Below are positions 1 to 12,170 of a DNA stretch of 38,282 nt, piece after piece; positions within the stretch are counted from its first letter, which is position 1; each line of letters opens with the position of its first letter. The position numbers and the translations under genes were made by a program. Origin of the DNA: Octopus sinensis (taxonomy: Eukaryota); assembly GCF_006345805.1 (NCBI RefSeq), contig NW_021832370.1, forward strand, positions 1 through 38,282, in the 5' to 3' direction. Below the pieces are notes generated by a model that was not told the origin of the DNA, did no database searches, and saw only the letters and a program-made list of their open reading frames with translations.

Positions 1-298
1 GTGTATATATATATTATGGTGTGTTGTGGGTGTGTGTGTGTGTGTGTTTGCATGTATGTATGCATATTTTGCTTTGCTTGGGCGGATCGGTGTTTTTATA
101 TTGTTTTTGAGAGACAGATGAACATATGTGACGTCCATGATTTCCCCCATTAGAAGCATCAGTGAATTGAAATAAATGTAAATAGGAATGGAATTTGGTT
201 TTGTGAATTCAAAACTTTGCCACAAGGAGATATTTCTAGCTACTTATTTTTCTCGACGACTTCAGTTCCAGAAATGAAATGAGGATTGAATTAACTGA

Positions 299-330
<32 letters not shown>

Positions 331-640
331 CAAAATAAAATCTAACAATAACTACTACAACTGCAACTAAGACAACAACAACAACAAAAACAATAAATAA
401 ATAAATAAAAGCCGGGTTGTAGGATAAAATAAAAAAGTAATTTGCTATCTTTATATAATAAAAGAAACCTTTTAGATTTTCAAATTGTTACTTTTATAAT
501 CCTAAATTTTTAGATACATCATACAGATACGGAATTGTCTATTTTGTGATGGCTTTCTGATTTATTTTAGCTCGTTTATCCGCAAGGCTTTCACCAACCA
601 TTTACGGACGTTTTCCAAGCAGCCAAACATATGTATACAT

Positions 641-830
641 GTGTGTATATACGTATATAAATATAAGTATGCATACGTCTATGTATATATATATATAAAT
701 ATAAATATACTCACAAACATGGATACATGCATATACATATATATTTATGTATATATGAATATTTTATATATATGTGTGTATCTATGTATATATATATATA
801 CATATATATATTATGTGTATGTATGTACAT
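641..830. repeat. Degenerate (TA)n/(TATG)n microsatellite
   Basis: Visible simple repeat; explains the Y/I/C-rich ORFs here. Confidence 0.9.
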
Positions 831-1568
831 AATTTGTTGTTGTTGTTCTTCTTGTTATTGTTTTTTTCCGTTCTCTTTCCCCATTAATGTTCCGTCGTAT
901 TCCCCTTACGGTAATCTTTAGTGTATAAGACTGAAGTTTCAATTAAACGGCTTGTTTTTCAAATTTCCAAATATCCTAGCTTTTTCACACCACCCATCTC
1001 CACTTTCTCTACTTCTCCCCCACCCCTCCTCACATCACACCCTTTCTCCAAAACCATTCTTCTTCTTTCGTCCATTTTCATTTTGGGTTTTGTCCCTTAT
1101 TTTTGTTATGTGTTTAGACATTGTTCTTTTTCTTTTTTTTTCTATATCTCATCTTCTTTCACTTTCACTTTCACTACCTCTCCACCGCTTCGTCTTATTC
1201 CTTTTTAGGGGGCTCGAATGTGTATTTAAAGAAATTACACGTAAATCCCTTCCAACCACGTGACCTAATTGCTGCCTTGTTTATTTGACTTCTTGTAGAA
1301 CACTTGTCCCCGTGCTTCCTGTTTTGTCGCTCTTGTCCTTAAGATATGTTCGTCATAGCGTAAAGATTGCGTAATCGAGTAATCTTCTTCCCAATCTGTT
1401 TGCAACGCACGTAGGAAATAAATGTAGGTTTAGTTGCTCTTTTAACTGCACTTGTATATAAGTGTGCGACAGAGAAACAGACAAATAGGGAAGATGTGCC
1501 AATAGCTTCTGGCTCACCATTCAACTAAGTTCTCTTTTCAATTCATTGACAGATACTACAATGCTATC

Positions 1569-1692
1569 TGTTCCTTTCAATATTATTAATATATTCCCAA
1601 CTTTCTTAAACCAGGGAACCACTACGTTATAATGCGACCTGCTAGAAGCAGCAGTAAAGTTGCTTTCAAATAGCATCCTATCGACAAATATA
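1569..1692. repeat. 124-bp direct repeat, left copy (putative long target-site duplication)
   Basis: TGTTCCTTTCAATATT...CGACAAATATA recurs at 2111-2234 with 3 substitutions. Confidence 0.9.
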
Positions 1693-2110
1693 TATTTCTT
1701 TACTATCCACAAGGGGCTAAACACGGGGTGGGGACAAACAAAGACAGACAAACGGGTTAAGTCGATTATATCGACCCCAGTGCGTAAATGGTACTTAATT
1801 TATCGACCCCGAAAGGATGAAAGGTAAAGTCGATCTCGGCGGAATTTGAACTCAGAACGTAACGGCAGACGAAATATCTATTTCTTTACTATCTACAAGG
1901 GGCTAAACACAGAGAGGACAAACAAAGACAGACAAACGAGTTAAGTCGATTATATCGACCCCAGTGCGTAACTGGTACTTAATTTATCGACCCCGAAAGG
2001 ATGAAAGACAAAGTCGATCTCGGCGGAATTTGAACTCAGAACGTAACGGCAGACGAAATACGGCTACGCATTTCGTCCGGCGTGCTAACGTTTCTGCCAG
2101 CTCGACGCCT
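1693..2110 (-). mobile_element. SINE B (tRNA-like head), head plus two body units
   Basis: Minus strand begins AGGCGTCGAGCTGGCAGAAACGTTAGCACGCC; the body GTTCAAATTCCGCCGAG...GTAAAGAAATA occurs twice, junction near 1877. Confidence 0.88.
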
Positions 2111-2234
2111 TGTTCCTTTCAATATTATTAATATATTCCCAACTTTCTTAAACCAGGGAACCACTACGTTATAATGCGACCTGCTAGAAGCAGCAGTAAA
2201 GTTTCTTTCAGATAGCATCCTACCGACAAATATA
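2111..2234. repeat. 124-bp direct repeat, right copy
   Basis: Matches 1569-1692 (121/124). Confidence 0.9.
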
Positions 2235-2382
2235 ATTAGAGAAATACTTTAGGTGACGTCATTCTTTGTATGCGTAAAGCGGCGCGATGTTCACTTTTGG
2301 AATGGTTATTATTATGGTTTTGTTCAGCCATGGTTGATCTGAGCTAATTAAATAAATTTGATTATCTTTTGTACAAGAGAAC

Positions 2383-2605
2383 AATCCTTTCTACCACAGA
2401 CACAAAAGCCAGAGATTTTGGAGGAGTGGGACCCAGTCAACTACATCGTCTTCAGGGTTCGGCTTGTTATTATTTTATCGACCGCGAAAATATGAAAGAC
2501 AAGGTCGACCTCAGCATAATTTGAACTCAGAACGTTGAGTTGAAAGAAATGCTGCGATGCGTTTTTTTTTCCGGCGTGCTGACGGCACTGCCAAAATGCA
2601 ACCTT
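2383..2605 (-). mobile_element. Diverged SINE B with alternative (B2) tail
   Basis: Recognisable GTCGACCTC...TTTGAACTCAGAACG core; tail AATCCTTTCTACC...GCACAA-like. Confidence 0.65.
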
Positions 2606-2667
2606 TTGAATTAGAGAATAATAAGAACAGAATTCATCGTCGTTATCAGCCTCACAATAATAATAAT

Positions 2668-3154
<487 letters not shown>

Positions 3155-3381
3155 GAGTGAGAGAGCAGTGCATGCCATCAAAGTGACACTGGGGTAAAAT
3201 ATACGAAGCCCAGTATACCCATCATGACTACCTGTCTGATAAGGGTACACCAGGCACATGCATCACAACCATATGTGCGCGACATGGTGATCTCATATCA
3301 AGATAAACAGCACATGACCTTGCAGGTGGGGCCCAGTTAGAATTTCTCAGTTGAGTAGCCATCCGTCAAAAAGTCCCCTGA
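3155..3381 (-). mobile_element. Interspersed repeat family C ending in an (AAT)n tail (probable LINE 3' end or SINE)
   Basis: Homologous to 26252-26490; both end ...GCATGC(A/G)CTGCTCTC... followed by AAT repeats on the minus strand. Confidence 0.7.
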
Positions 3382-3436
3382 ATAATAATAATAAAATATA
3401 ATAAAATAATAATAAAAAACAAACACAACAACAACA

Positions 3437-3501
<65 letters not shown>

Positions 3502-3532
3502 CAACAACAACAAACAACAACAGCAGCAGCAG

Positions 3533-3578
<46 letters not shown>
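3382..3578. repeat. (TAA)n/(CAA)n microsatellite
   Basis: Visible simple repeat. Confidence 0.95.
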
Positions 3579-3579
<1 letters not shown>

Positions 3580-3673
3580 CCGAAAACCAATACAAGTTAT
3601 GATGATGCGCGATCAGATAGCGAAAGTGCTGCAATGGAAAGTATGCGGAAAGTGGGGACTAAAGAGAGAGAGG
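3579..3673 (+). mobile_element. R4/Dong-like non-LTR retrotransposon fragment (region after the CCHC knuckle)
   Basis: Translates, with a frameshift, as AENQYKL / RDQIAKVLQWKVCGKWGLKRE, resembling the YKxRHDxVAKxLHW motif; begins directly after (AAT)n. Confidence 0.65.
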
Positions 3674-4453
3674 CTTTGCAATCTCACCAGATAGAGAGAA
3701 GAATCTTTTTCTCATGAAGTTCCCTTCTCAGTTGTGGTTAAGATTTTTTCCCTTTGACCAAGCCACTGTTTACGACGTTTAACATCTCGATAGAAGATCC
3801 ATTTTTTTTGTCACCAGTCACAAGTCTATCCAAAAAGGGAGAAATGAGTTCGCGAGAATGGAGAGAAGAGCAGATGTCAACTTGGGATTTGCGGTTGTTT
3901 TCGGACAATTCATGAGGCACGCATTTTCCAAGTTTAGGAATCTTTCCAAGTTGTTGAAGATGACAATGAACTGTTGTATGGTTTGAACTAAGCTTTATTG
4001 CCAATTCTTCAACTAATAATGCAGGATTTTCTTCAAGTAATACCTCAAGGAGCTTATCATCAAGCTCAACTGGACGTCCTGTTCGAACTTCATCTTCAAG
4101 ACTGAAATCTCCACTTCTGAATTTTGCAAACCATCTTCTACAAGTTCTTTCATTCAAGCATTCTTTCCCATAAACTGAGTGCATGTTTCGAGTTGCTTCG
4201 GCTGCAGAGTTTCCTTTTTGTACTTATAAAGCATTATGTGCCTCAAATGCTCTTTGGTTACTTCCATGTTAGAAAGTGTTTTAATCAAAGAAATTTTAAT
4301 TCTGTTATTCTCTAAAATAATATTTAATTAGTTTAAAGTACACAAATGCATAAAAATAATTTTTAATTCCATTAGACATTCTAAAATACTATTAAATTTC
4401 ATTCAATTTTAAAAAAAGGTAACATCGGATAGAACTTATGGGATGACCTGATA
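3674..4453 (-). mobile_element. Truncated mariner (Tc1/mariner) transposon: 5' TIR plus disrupted transposase
   Basis: TA-TCAGGTCATCCCATAAGTTCTATCCG TIR at about 4425-4453. ATG at 4267 (MEVTKEHLRHIMLY), frameshift, then ...NERTCRRWFAKFRSGDFSLEDEVRTGRP...GKCVPHELSE...LVTGD; 3' half absent. Confidence 0.92.
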
Positions 4454-4633
4454 TAATTGTTGAGTTACATAATTAGATAAAGTAATTATTCAGCTATATA
4501 TGCATTTCATTTAAAGGGAGGGAAGGGCGATAAGCCAACAGTACCGTTAAATCTTCGGACAAAATGCTTAGCGGCATTTCTTGCGGCTTTTTCAGTCCTG
4601 AGTTCAAATCTTGCCTAGAGAGATAGATATAAG

Positions 4634-4691
<58 letters not shown>

Positions 4692-4695
4692 CTTA

Positions 4696-5092
4696 ATCTT
4701 TTACTTGTTTCAGTCATTTGACTGCGGCCATGCTGGAGCACCACCTTAGTCGAGCAAATCGACCCGGGACTTATTTTTTGTAAGCCCCAGTACTTGTTCA
4801 TCGGTCTCTTTGCCGAACCGGTAAGTGACGGGGACGTAAACACACCAGCATCGGATGTCAAGCAATGCTAGGGGGACAAACACAGACACACAAACACACA
4901 CCACATATATATATATATACATACATATATAAACAGGCTTCTTTCAGTTTCCGACTAACAAATCCACTCACAAGGCATTGGTCGACCCGGGGCTATAGCA
5001 GAAGACACTTGCCCAAGTTGCCATGCAGTTGGAGGGAACCCGGAACCATGTGGTTGGTTAGCAAGCTACTTACCACACAGCCACTCCTGCGC

Positions 5093-5093
<1 letters not shown>
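4696..5093 (-). mobile_element. SINE A (tRNA-derived, internal (TA)n(TG)n)
   Basis: Minus strand GGCGCAGGAGTGGCTGTGTGGTAAG...GGTTCCGGGTTC... through CAGTCAAATGACTGAAACAAGTAAAAG; multiple copies in the window. Confidence 0.9.
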
Positions 5094-5094
<1 letters not shown>

Positions 5095-5161
<67 letters not shown>

Positions 5162-5177
5162 TATATATACATATATT

Positions 5178-5213
<36 letters not shown>

Positions 5214-5290
5214 TTATATATATATATACATATATATATTATATAAATATATATAGTACATATATATATATATAATATATATATATAATA
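5095..5290. repeat. (TA)n microsatellite
   Basis: Visible simple repeat. Confidence 0.95.
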
Positions 5291-5489
5291 TGTCAGTGTT
5301 GTGATATGTGCGTGAGAAAAGGGAGGAAGAGAGAAGTCTATCTGTTTGGACATATTAATGTGGGTGTATGTATATGTGTGTGTGTGTTTGTGCGTGTTTG
5401 ATTGTGTGCTTGTGTGTCGCAATAGCGACTGAAGCAAACATCGCGGACAACCAATCAAAGCAAGCAAGACCCATTGCATGGACACCACA

Positions 5490-6770
5490 AACCACCACCG
5501 CCATCACCACCACCACCACCACCACCACTTCCATCATCACAAGTCCCCGAACCTCCGACAACGCCGCCACAGTTGTCACCCCCACCACACCACCACCATT
5601 CCTGTCACCACCGCCACAATCATCACAAACGACACCACTGCCTTTCCACATTACAGCAACTATTAACTGCCACCACCGACAACACTACCACCGATACAAC
5701 CACCACCAGCAACACTACCATACCTACCTACACTACAACTACCACCACCATCACCACTGCCATCACTAACACTACCACCACCACCACCACCACTACCACC
5801 ACCACCACCACAACCGCGACCAACACCATCGCCACCGCCACCAGTAACGCTATTACTAACTACCACTAACACTACCACCATCACTACTATCACCACCACA
5901 ACCGCCACCACTACCATCACCAGCACCACCACTAACGCTACCGCCAGCATTAGCACCACCACCACCATTACTACCACCACTACCTCCACCATCACCACCA
6001 CCTGCAAAACATTGACAATAACGTCGACAAAATATATTTCATCCGCCACTCCTTTTACGGCCACCACCACTACCACAATCATCACTAACCACCGGTACTG
6101 TCACCAATACCACAACATTCGGTATCACCGCATACCCTTCACCAACACCATCATCACCACGCCTTTGTACCACTGCCACCACCACCACCACCACCACCAC
6201 CATAAGTATCATTAATACCAGAACCTATTTCTTTACTACCCACGAGGGGCTAAACACAGAGGGGACAAACAAGGACAGACATAGGTATTAAGTCGATTAC
6301 ATCGACACCAGTGCGTAACTGGTACTTATTTAATCGACCCCGAAAGGATGAACGGCAAAGTCGACCTCGGCGGAATTTGAACTCACAACGCAACGGCAGA
6401 CGAAATACGGCTACGCATTTCGCCCTGCGAGCTAACGATTCTGCCAGCTCGCCGCATTAATACCAGTACCACCCCCCTGGTACCACGATAATGGTCAGCA
6501 CCACCCCGCCATTTTCGCCACCGCCGCCTACAACATCAGCAATAACAACAACGAGAAATATCCGGGCCATTATTTGTTCCTCCGCCATCTCCATAGTTCA
6601 TAAGTGCTAGAACCACCACCACCACCACCAACCACCACTTACGCCATCATCACCACCACTTACACCACCACCATGACCACCACCACGAACAAACACGATC
6701 GATAACAACAACATCACCACCAGTCCTACGGTTCCTTCTCCACCACCAACACCAATATCGCCGCCATTGC
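5490..6770. repeat. Degenerate (ACC)n-rich tract interrupted by a SINE
   Basis: CAC/ACC/ACT triplets dominate. Confidence 0.9.
6226..6454 (-). mobile_element. SINE B, full-length monomer with 16-bp TSD
   Basis: CATTAATACCAG(A/T)ACC at 6210-6225 and 6455-6470. Confidence 0.92.
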
Positions 6771-6809
6771 ACTCACTATTCCTCGATCCTCACGTAGACG
6801 CCCGCGCAT

Positions 6810-7235
6810 CCTCACATGCACACACACACACACACACACGCACATACACACACAAACACAACACAACACACACACGCACACACGCACTACACACACGCAA
6901 ACAACACACAATACACCCACACACAACACGACGCGCGCGCACACACACACACACACACGCCATACACACACGCACATACACACACACACACCATCACACC
7001 ACACCACGCGCCGCACACCACACACACACACACACACACGCACATACACACACCACACACACCACACCACACACGCACATACACCACTCACATACACACG
7101 CACATACACACAACACACACACACACACACAACACACACACGCACATACACACACACACCACACACACACACACACACGCACTACACACACGACATACAC
7201 ACACACCACAACACACACACGCGCGCAACACACGA
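6810..7235. repeat. Degenerate (CA)n microsatellite
   Basis: Visible simple repeat; explains the His/Thr and Cys/Val ORFs. Confidence 0.95.
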
Positions 7236-7279
7236 TGGACCCGCAATTTGCTCTCGCGCGTCATTTCTATATCACTGGC

Positions 7280-8200
7280 AGCAAAACGGTGGTGGTAACC
7301 GCGGCGGCGGTAGAGGCAGTGGTGGTGGTGGTAGTGAAGGTTGTGGCGGTGATAGTGGCGGCGGCTGCGGTGGTGGTTGTTCGGCTGCGATGGTGGTGCT
7401 CGTGGTGACCGCAGTGGTGGTGACGGCGTTGTTGTTGTTGGTGGTGGTGGTGGAGGCAGTTGCGGTGGTGATGGTAGCTGTGGTAGTTTTGGTGACTGCT
7501 GTGGTGGTGGTTTTGGTGGTAGTGCCGCTGGTGGCGGTGGTAGTGGCAGCGGCTGCGTTTGTGGTAGTGGTGGTGGTGGTGGTGGTGGTATTTGCGGCTG
7601 CGATGGTGGGGATGGTGTTGGGTCGGCTGCGATGGTGGTAATCGTGGTGACCGCAGTGGTGGTGACGGCGTTGTTGTTGTTGGTGGTGGTGGTGGAGGCA
7701 GTTGCGGTGGTGATGGTGGTGGTGGTAGTTATGGTAGCTGTTGTGGTAGTGGTAGTGCCGATGGGAGTGATGATAGTGGCAGCGGCTGCGGTGGTGGTGG
7801 TGGTGGTGGTGGTGGTGGTGGTGGGAGCTGTGACAATAGGGATTGTGACGCTTGCAGTGGACATGAAGATAGGAGTAATGGTGGTTGAGGTAATTGTATA
7901 TGAGGTGGTAATGAAGGTTGCGCGAGGTGGTAGTAGGGTGTTGGTGATGTTCTAGGTGGTGGTGGTGGTGGTGTTGGTGGTAATTGGAGTGTTGCTGATG
8001 GTGGTGGTAGTGCTGGTGATAAAAGTGGTTGTGGTTGTTGCGGTGGAGGTGATAATGATGGTGACAGTGGAGGGTGTGGTGATGGTTGTTATGGCGGTAG
8101 TGTAGGTGGTGGAGGCTTTGATTGTGTTGGTAATGGGGGGGTATTGTAGTTGTTGTTGTGGTGGAGGCTGCAGCTGTTGTTAGGGGGAACGTGGAGCTAG
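7280..8200. repeat. Degenerate (GGT)n-rich tract with an internal duplication of about 90 bp
   Basis: TCGGCTGCGATGGTGGT...GAGGCAGTTGCGGTGGTGATGGT at about 7381-7476 and 7623-7716. Confidence 0.88.
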
Positions 8201-8429
8201 TTATGGTCAGGGGGACAGAGGAATTGTCGTTGTTGTTACTGCTGCTGGGCGGGGTATGGTTGTTGTGGTCATCGTGGTGATAGTCATAGTGGTAGCGCTC
8301 ACTGTGACGATTAGGCGTGATTACAGTTGAGATGGAAGAGGTTAGAGATGGCGCTGCCAACGATGGCTACATAATGATGATGTCGATATTTTACCACAGG
8401 TAGATAATAATCCTTTTTCCTAATAATAA

Positions 8430-8838
8430 GGGCAGGAATGGTTGTGTGGTAAGTGGCTTGCTTACGAACCACATGGTTCCGGGTTCAGTCCCACTGTGTG
8501 ACACCTTGGGCAAGTGTCTTCTACTATAGCCTCGGGCCGACCAAAGCCTTGTGAGTGGATTTGGTAGACGGAAACTGAAAAGAAGCCCGTCGTATATATA
8601 TATATATATATATGTATATGTGTGTGTGTTTGTGTATCTGTGTTTGTCCCCCCAACATCGCTTGACAACCGTTGCTGGTGTGTTTACGTCTCCGTAACTT
8701 AGCGGTTTGGCAAAAGACACCGAGAGAATATGTACTGGGCTTACAAAGAATGAGTCCTGGAGTCGATTTGCTCGACAAAAGGCGGTGCTCTAGCATGGCC
8801 CCAGTCAAATGACTGAAAGAAGTAAAAGAGTGAAAGAG
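8430..8838 (+). mobile_element. SINE A, full length
   Basis: Collinear with other SINE A copies from head to AAAAGAG tail. Confidence 0.9.
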
Positions 8839-8839
8839 T

Positions 8840-9022
8840 ATAGGGACAAAGCCTGAAATTTGGTGGGATGGAGGAGAGGCTGTTCGATTGTATCCATACC
8901 AGTGCTTAGCTGGTACTTACCTCGAAAGGGACGGAAGGAAGGCAAAGTCGATCTTGGCGGAATTTGAACTCAGAACATAAAGCTGGACGAAATGCCGAAA
9001 AGCATTTTGCCCGGCTGCAAAC
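8840..9022 (-). mobile_element. Diverged SINE B (B2 tail)
   Basis: GGCAAAGTCGATCTTGGCGGAATTTGAACTCAGAAC core. Confidence 0.7.
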
Positions 9023-9025
9023 ACC

Positions 9026-9411
9026 GAGTCGAAGAAATGTAATATTTTGTAGGACTTTCCTTTTCAAACAGACAAAAAATTAGAAAATAATAGACCGGAC
9101 ATTACAATTATAGATAAGGAAAATTTGAATTCGCTTTCCTAATTGACCCATCATGCCCGTTTAATTCCAGGATCGTAAAGAAGGGGGAAGACAAATAGAA
9201 ATAGTACAATCCCTTAAAATTTGAAATAGGAAGTATTTAGAGCAGGAAAATAGTAAAGGTTATGCCTATAATAATTTGTGCGTTGGGAACAATAAGCAAA
9301 GATATAAACAAATAGCTGAAGGAGATTGAAATAGATTGCCCGGTAATGCTTTTATAGAAAGCTTGTCTCTTAGGAGCAGTAAGGATTATCAGGAGGATTC
9401 TAAGCACTTGA
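9026..9411 (+). mobile_element. R4/Dong-like LINE fragment, restriction-enzyme-like endonuclease (REL) C-terminus
   Basis: CNIL*DFPFQTDKKLENNRPDITIIDKE...LIDPSCP...VMPIIICALGTI...KACLLGAVRIIRRILST*, with stops and a frameshift. Confidence 0.85.
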
Positions 9412-9620
9412 AAGAGTGCTGAAAACTTGACAACCGGTGTTTGTGTGTTTAGGAGTGGCTGTGTGGTAAGTAGCTTGCTTACCAACCACATGGTTCAGTC
9501 CCACTGCGTGGCACGTTGGGCAAGTGTCTTCTACTTTAGCCTCGGGCCGACCAAAGCCTTGTGAGTGGATTTGGTAGATGGTAACTGAAAGAAGCCCGTT
9601 GTATATATGTATATATATAT

Positions 9621-9775
9621 AACTGGAAGCTTTATGAAAATAGACAAAAGACGAAGGCAGGTGGAAAACAAACGAACAATTGTATTAGTATGGCGCTCAG
9701 GAAATATAAATAAAACAAGTCTTTAACGTTTCGAGCCTACGCTCTTCAACAGAAAGATACACAGAGAGAAAAAAA
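9621..9775 (-). mobile_element. Solo 3'-end (pLTR) fragment of the Penelope-like family at 34.5-36.0 kb
   Basis: Closely matches about 34485-34625 (GAAAATAGACAAAAGACGAAGGCAGGTG...ACGTTTCGAGCCTACGCTCTTCAACAGAAAGATACACAGAG). Confidence 0.88.
9720..9757 (-). ncRNA. Minimal type I hammerhead ribozyme motif (A6U core, extra A after A9)
   Basis: UCUUU CUGUUGA A GAGC-GUAG-GCUC GAA ACGU U AAAGA: 5-bp stem I, 4-bp stem II, palindromic ACGU helix III, GUU site. Confidence 0.72.
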
Positions 9776-10169
9776 TATATATATATATATATATGTGCGT
9801 GTGTATATTTTTGTGTGTCTGTGTTTGTCCCCGCCAACATAGCTTGACAACCGATGCTGGTGTGTTTACGTCCCCGTAAACTAGCGGTTCGGCAAAAGGG
9901 ACGGATAGAATAAGTACCATGCGTACAAAGAATAAGGTTTTGTATGCGCAGATGTTGCTAGATACTCGGTCAACCCTTCTCAGTTCCTGAACAGAAAAAT
10001 GCTATGTGCGTTCTGTTCCGGCCCTTTCTTACCGTTAAGCCTAAGCGATACATGGATTCAGAGCGAGAATAACTTATATGGTTTGTCTCTTGTCGACCCC
10101 TGAAAGGGTGAAAAAGCTGTCTCCGGCGTGATATCACCTAAGGAGTCAGCAAGTTGGTCACGTACAAAA

Positions 10170-11088
10170 GTTTCAACTCTTTGCACGGAATCGGCAGATT
10201 TTGAGAGGAGGGGGAATTCACTTACATCGACTAGACTGATACTTATTTTACCGATCCCCAAAGAGATGAAAGGCAAATTCGAACGAAGGGATGAACGGCA
10301 AAATCGACCATTCGGGTACTTGACCTCAGGACGTAAAGATGGACGAAATACTTATTTCTTTACTACCCACAAGGGGCTAAACACAGAGAGGACAAACAAG
10401 GATAGACAAACGGATTAAGACGATTATATCGACCCCAGTGCGTAACTGGTACTTATTTAATCGACCCCGAAAGGATGAAAGGCAAAGTCGACCACGGCGG
10501 AATTTGAACTCAGAACGTAGCGGTAGATGAAACACCATTCTTTACTACCCACAAGGGCCTAAACACAGAGAGGACAAACAAGGACAGACAAACGGATTAA
10601 TTCGATTATATCGACCCCAGTGCGTAACTGGTACTTATTTAATCGACCCCAAAAGGATGCAAGACAAAGTTGACCTCGGCGGAATTTGAACTCAGAGCGT
10701 AGCGGCAGCCGAATACCGCTCAGCATTTCGCCCGGCGTGCTAACGTAGATGGACGAAATACCTATTTCTTTATTACCCACAAGGGGCTAAACACAGAGGG
10801 GACAAACAAGGATAGACATAGGTATTAAGTCGATTACATCGACCCCAGTGCGTAACTGGTACTTAATTTATCGACCCCGAAAGGATGAAAGGCAAAGTCG
10901 ACCTCGGCGGAATTTGAACTCAGAACATAGCGGCAGACGAAATACTGCTAAGCATTTCGCCCGGCGCGCTAACGATTCTACCAGCTCGCTAACGATTCTA
11001 CCAGCTCGCCGCCTTAGATGGGCGAAATATCGCTAAGCTTTTTGTCCGGCATGCTAAAGGTTCTGCCAGCTCACCACCTCAGTTGGCC
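10170..11088 (-). mobile_element. Nest of SINE B copies: old B2 element split by younger B1 copies
   Basis: Old head 11016-11088, young full copy about 10762-11014, two further units 10352-10746, old body 10170-10351. Confidence 0.85.
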
Positions 11089-11719
11089 ACTTGTAATAAT
11101 AATATATATTAATCAGAATTTATGACGGAAGGCCGGCACGACAAATAGAAAATATTTCGAAACTAATCGCTTATCTGACCAAACTATTTTCCATCATGTT
11201 TCTTCGTCTCATTTTTTTTTTTTTCTGTTAATTCCTCTTCAATTCCTTTAATTCTGCGATCGTTAGCATTTTATCTGTATCGCTTTTTAGATTCCACGTC
11301 GGTTCGACATTTAGAGCGATAAGAGGGCTTTGAAGATAATGGTTTGTGATGGTTTATCTTCCAAAACACCGTTCCCTCAAAGGTATGCCTATGTATACGA
11401 GCGCATAGATTTTGTAGCCAGTGCACAATATATATAAAATATGATATAATATAAAATAAATGACGAATTAATATGTACAGAAAAATTTAGTTACCCAAAG
11501 TAATACATAATAATTAATAGTTATACTTATTAAACGTTTGCTTTTACACAATTACCCATGGTACACATATTTTTGTCGAAATACAAAAAAAATAATCGAA
11601 ATAAAAAAAACGGCACAAGATTTTCACACGAACTGAAATATTGCAGAAACATTAATACGCAATAGATTGCTAAATAACCAATGAGGGTGAGTACTAAATT
11701 TTGTTTTTGTTGTCGTTGT

Positions 11720-11725
11720 TGTTTG

Positions 11726-11778
<53 letters not shown>

Positions 11779-11871
11779 TATTATATTATCAACATCATAT
11801 TATTATTATTATATTATTATGATTATTATTATTATTATATTATTATCAACATTATATTATTATTATTATTA

Positions 11872-11907
<36 letters not shown>

Positions 11908-11984
11908 CAACATCATCATCATTATTATTATTATCAACACCATCATTATTATTATTATCATCATCATCATCATTTTTATTATTT

Positions 11985-12018
<34 letters not shown>

Positions 12019-12050
12019 TATAGTTATCATTATTATCATCATCATCATCA

Positions 12051-12081
<31 letters not shown>

Positions 12082-12170
12082 CATTATTATTATTATTATT
12101 ACTATTATTATAATTATTATAGTTATTATTATTATCATTATCATTATTATTATTACAACTATTATTATTG
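11720..12170. repeat. (TAT)n/(CAT)n microsatellite
   Basis: Visible simple repeat. Confidence 0.95.

Larger units (their letters stand above)
9451..9936 (+). mobile_element. SINE A interrupted in its internal (TA)n by a PLE 3' fragment
   Basis: 5' half 9451-9600, 3' half about 9790-9936. Confidence 0.85.

Noticed and set aside
4180-4200. GAAACAUG motif resembling a hammerhead helix III
   Set aside because: It is mariner coding sequence (ATRNMH) with no upstream core.
7088-8360. Long Thr/His/Pro-rich ORFs (258 aa, 362 aa) resembling a mucin
   Set aside because: Several frames on both strands are open because triplet repeats lack stops; no domain, signal peptide or splice evidence.
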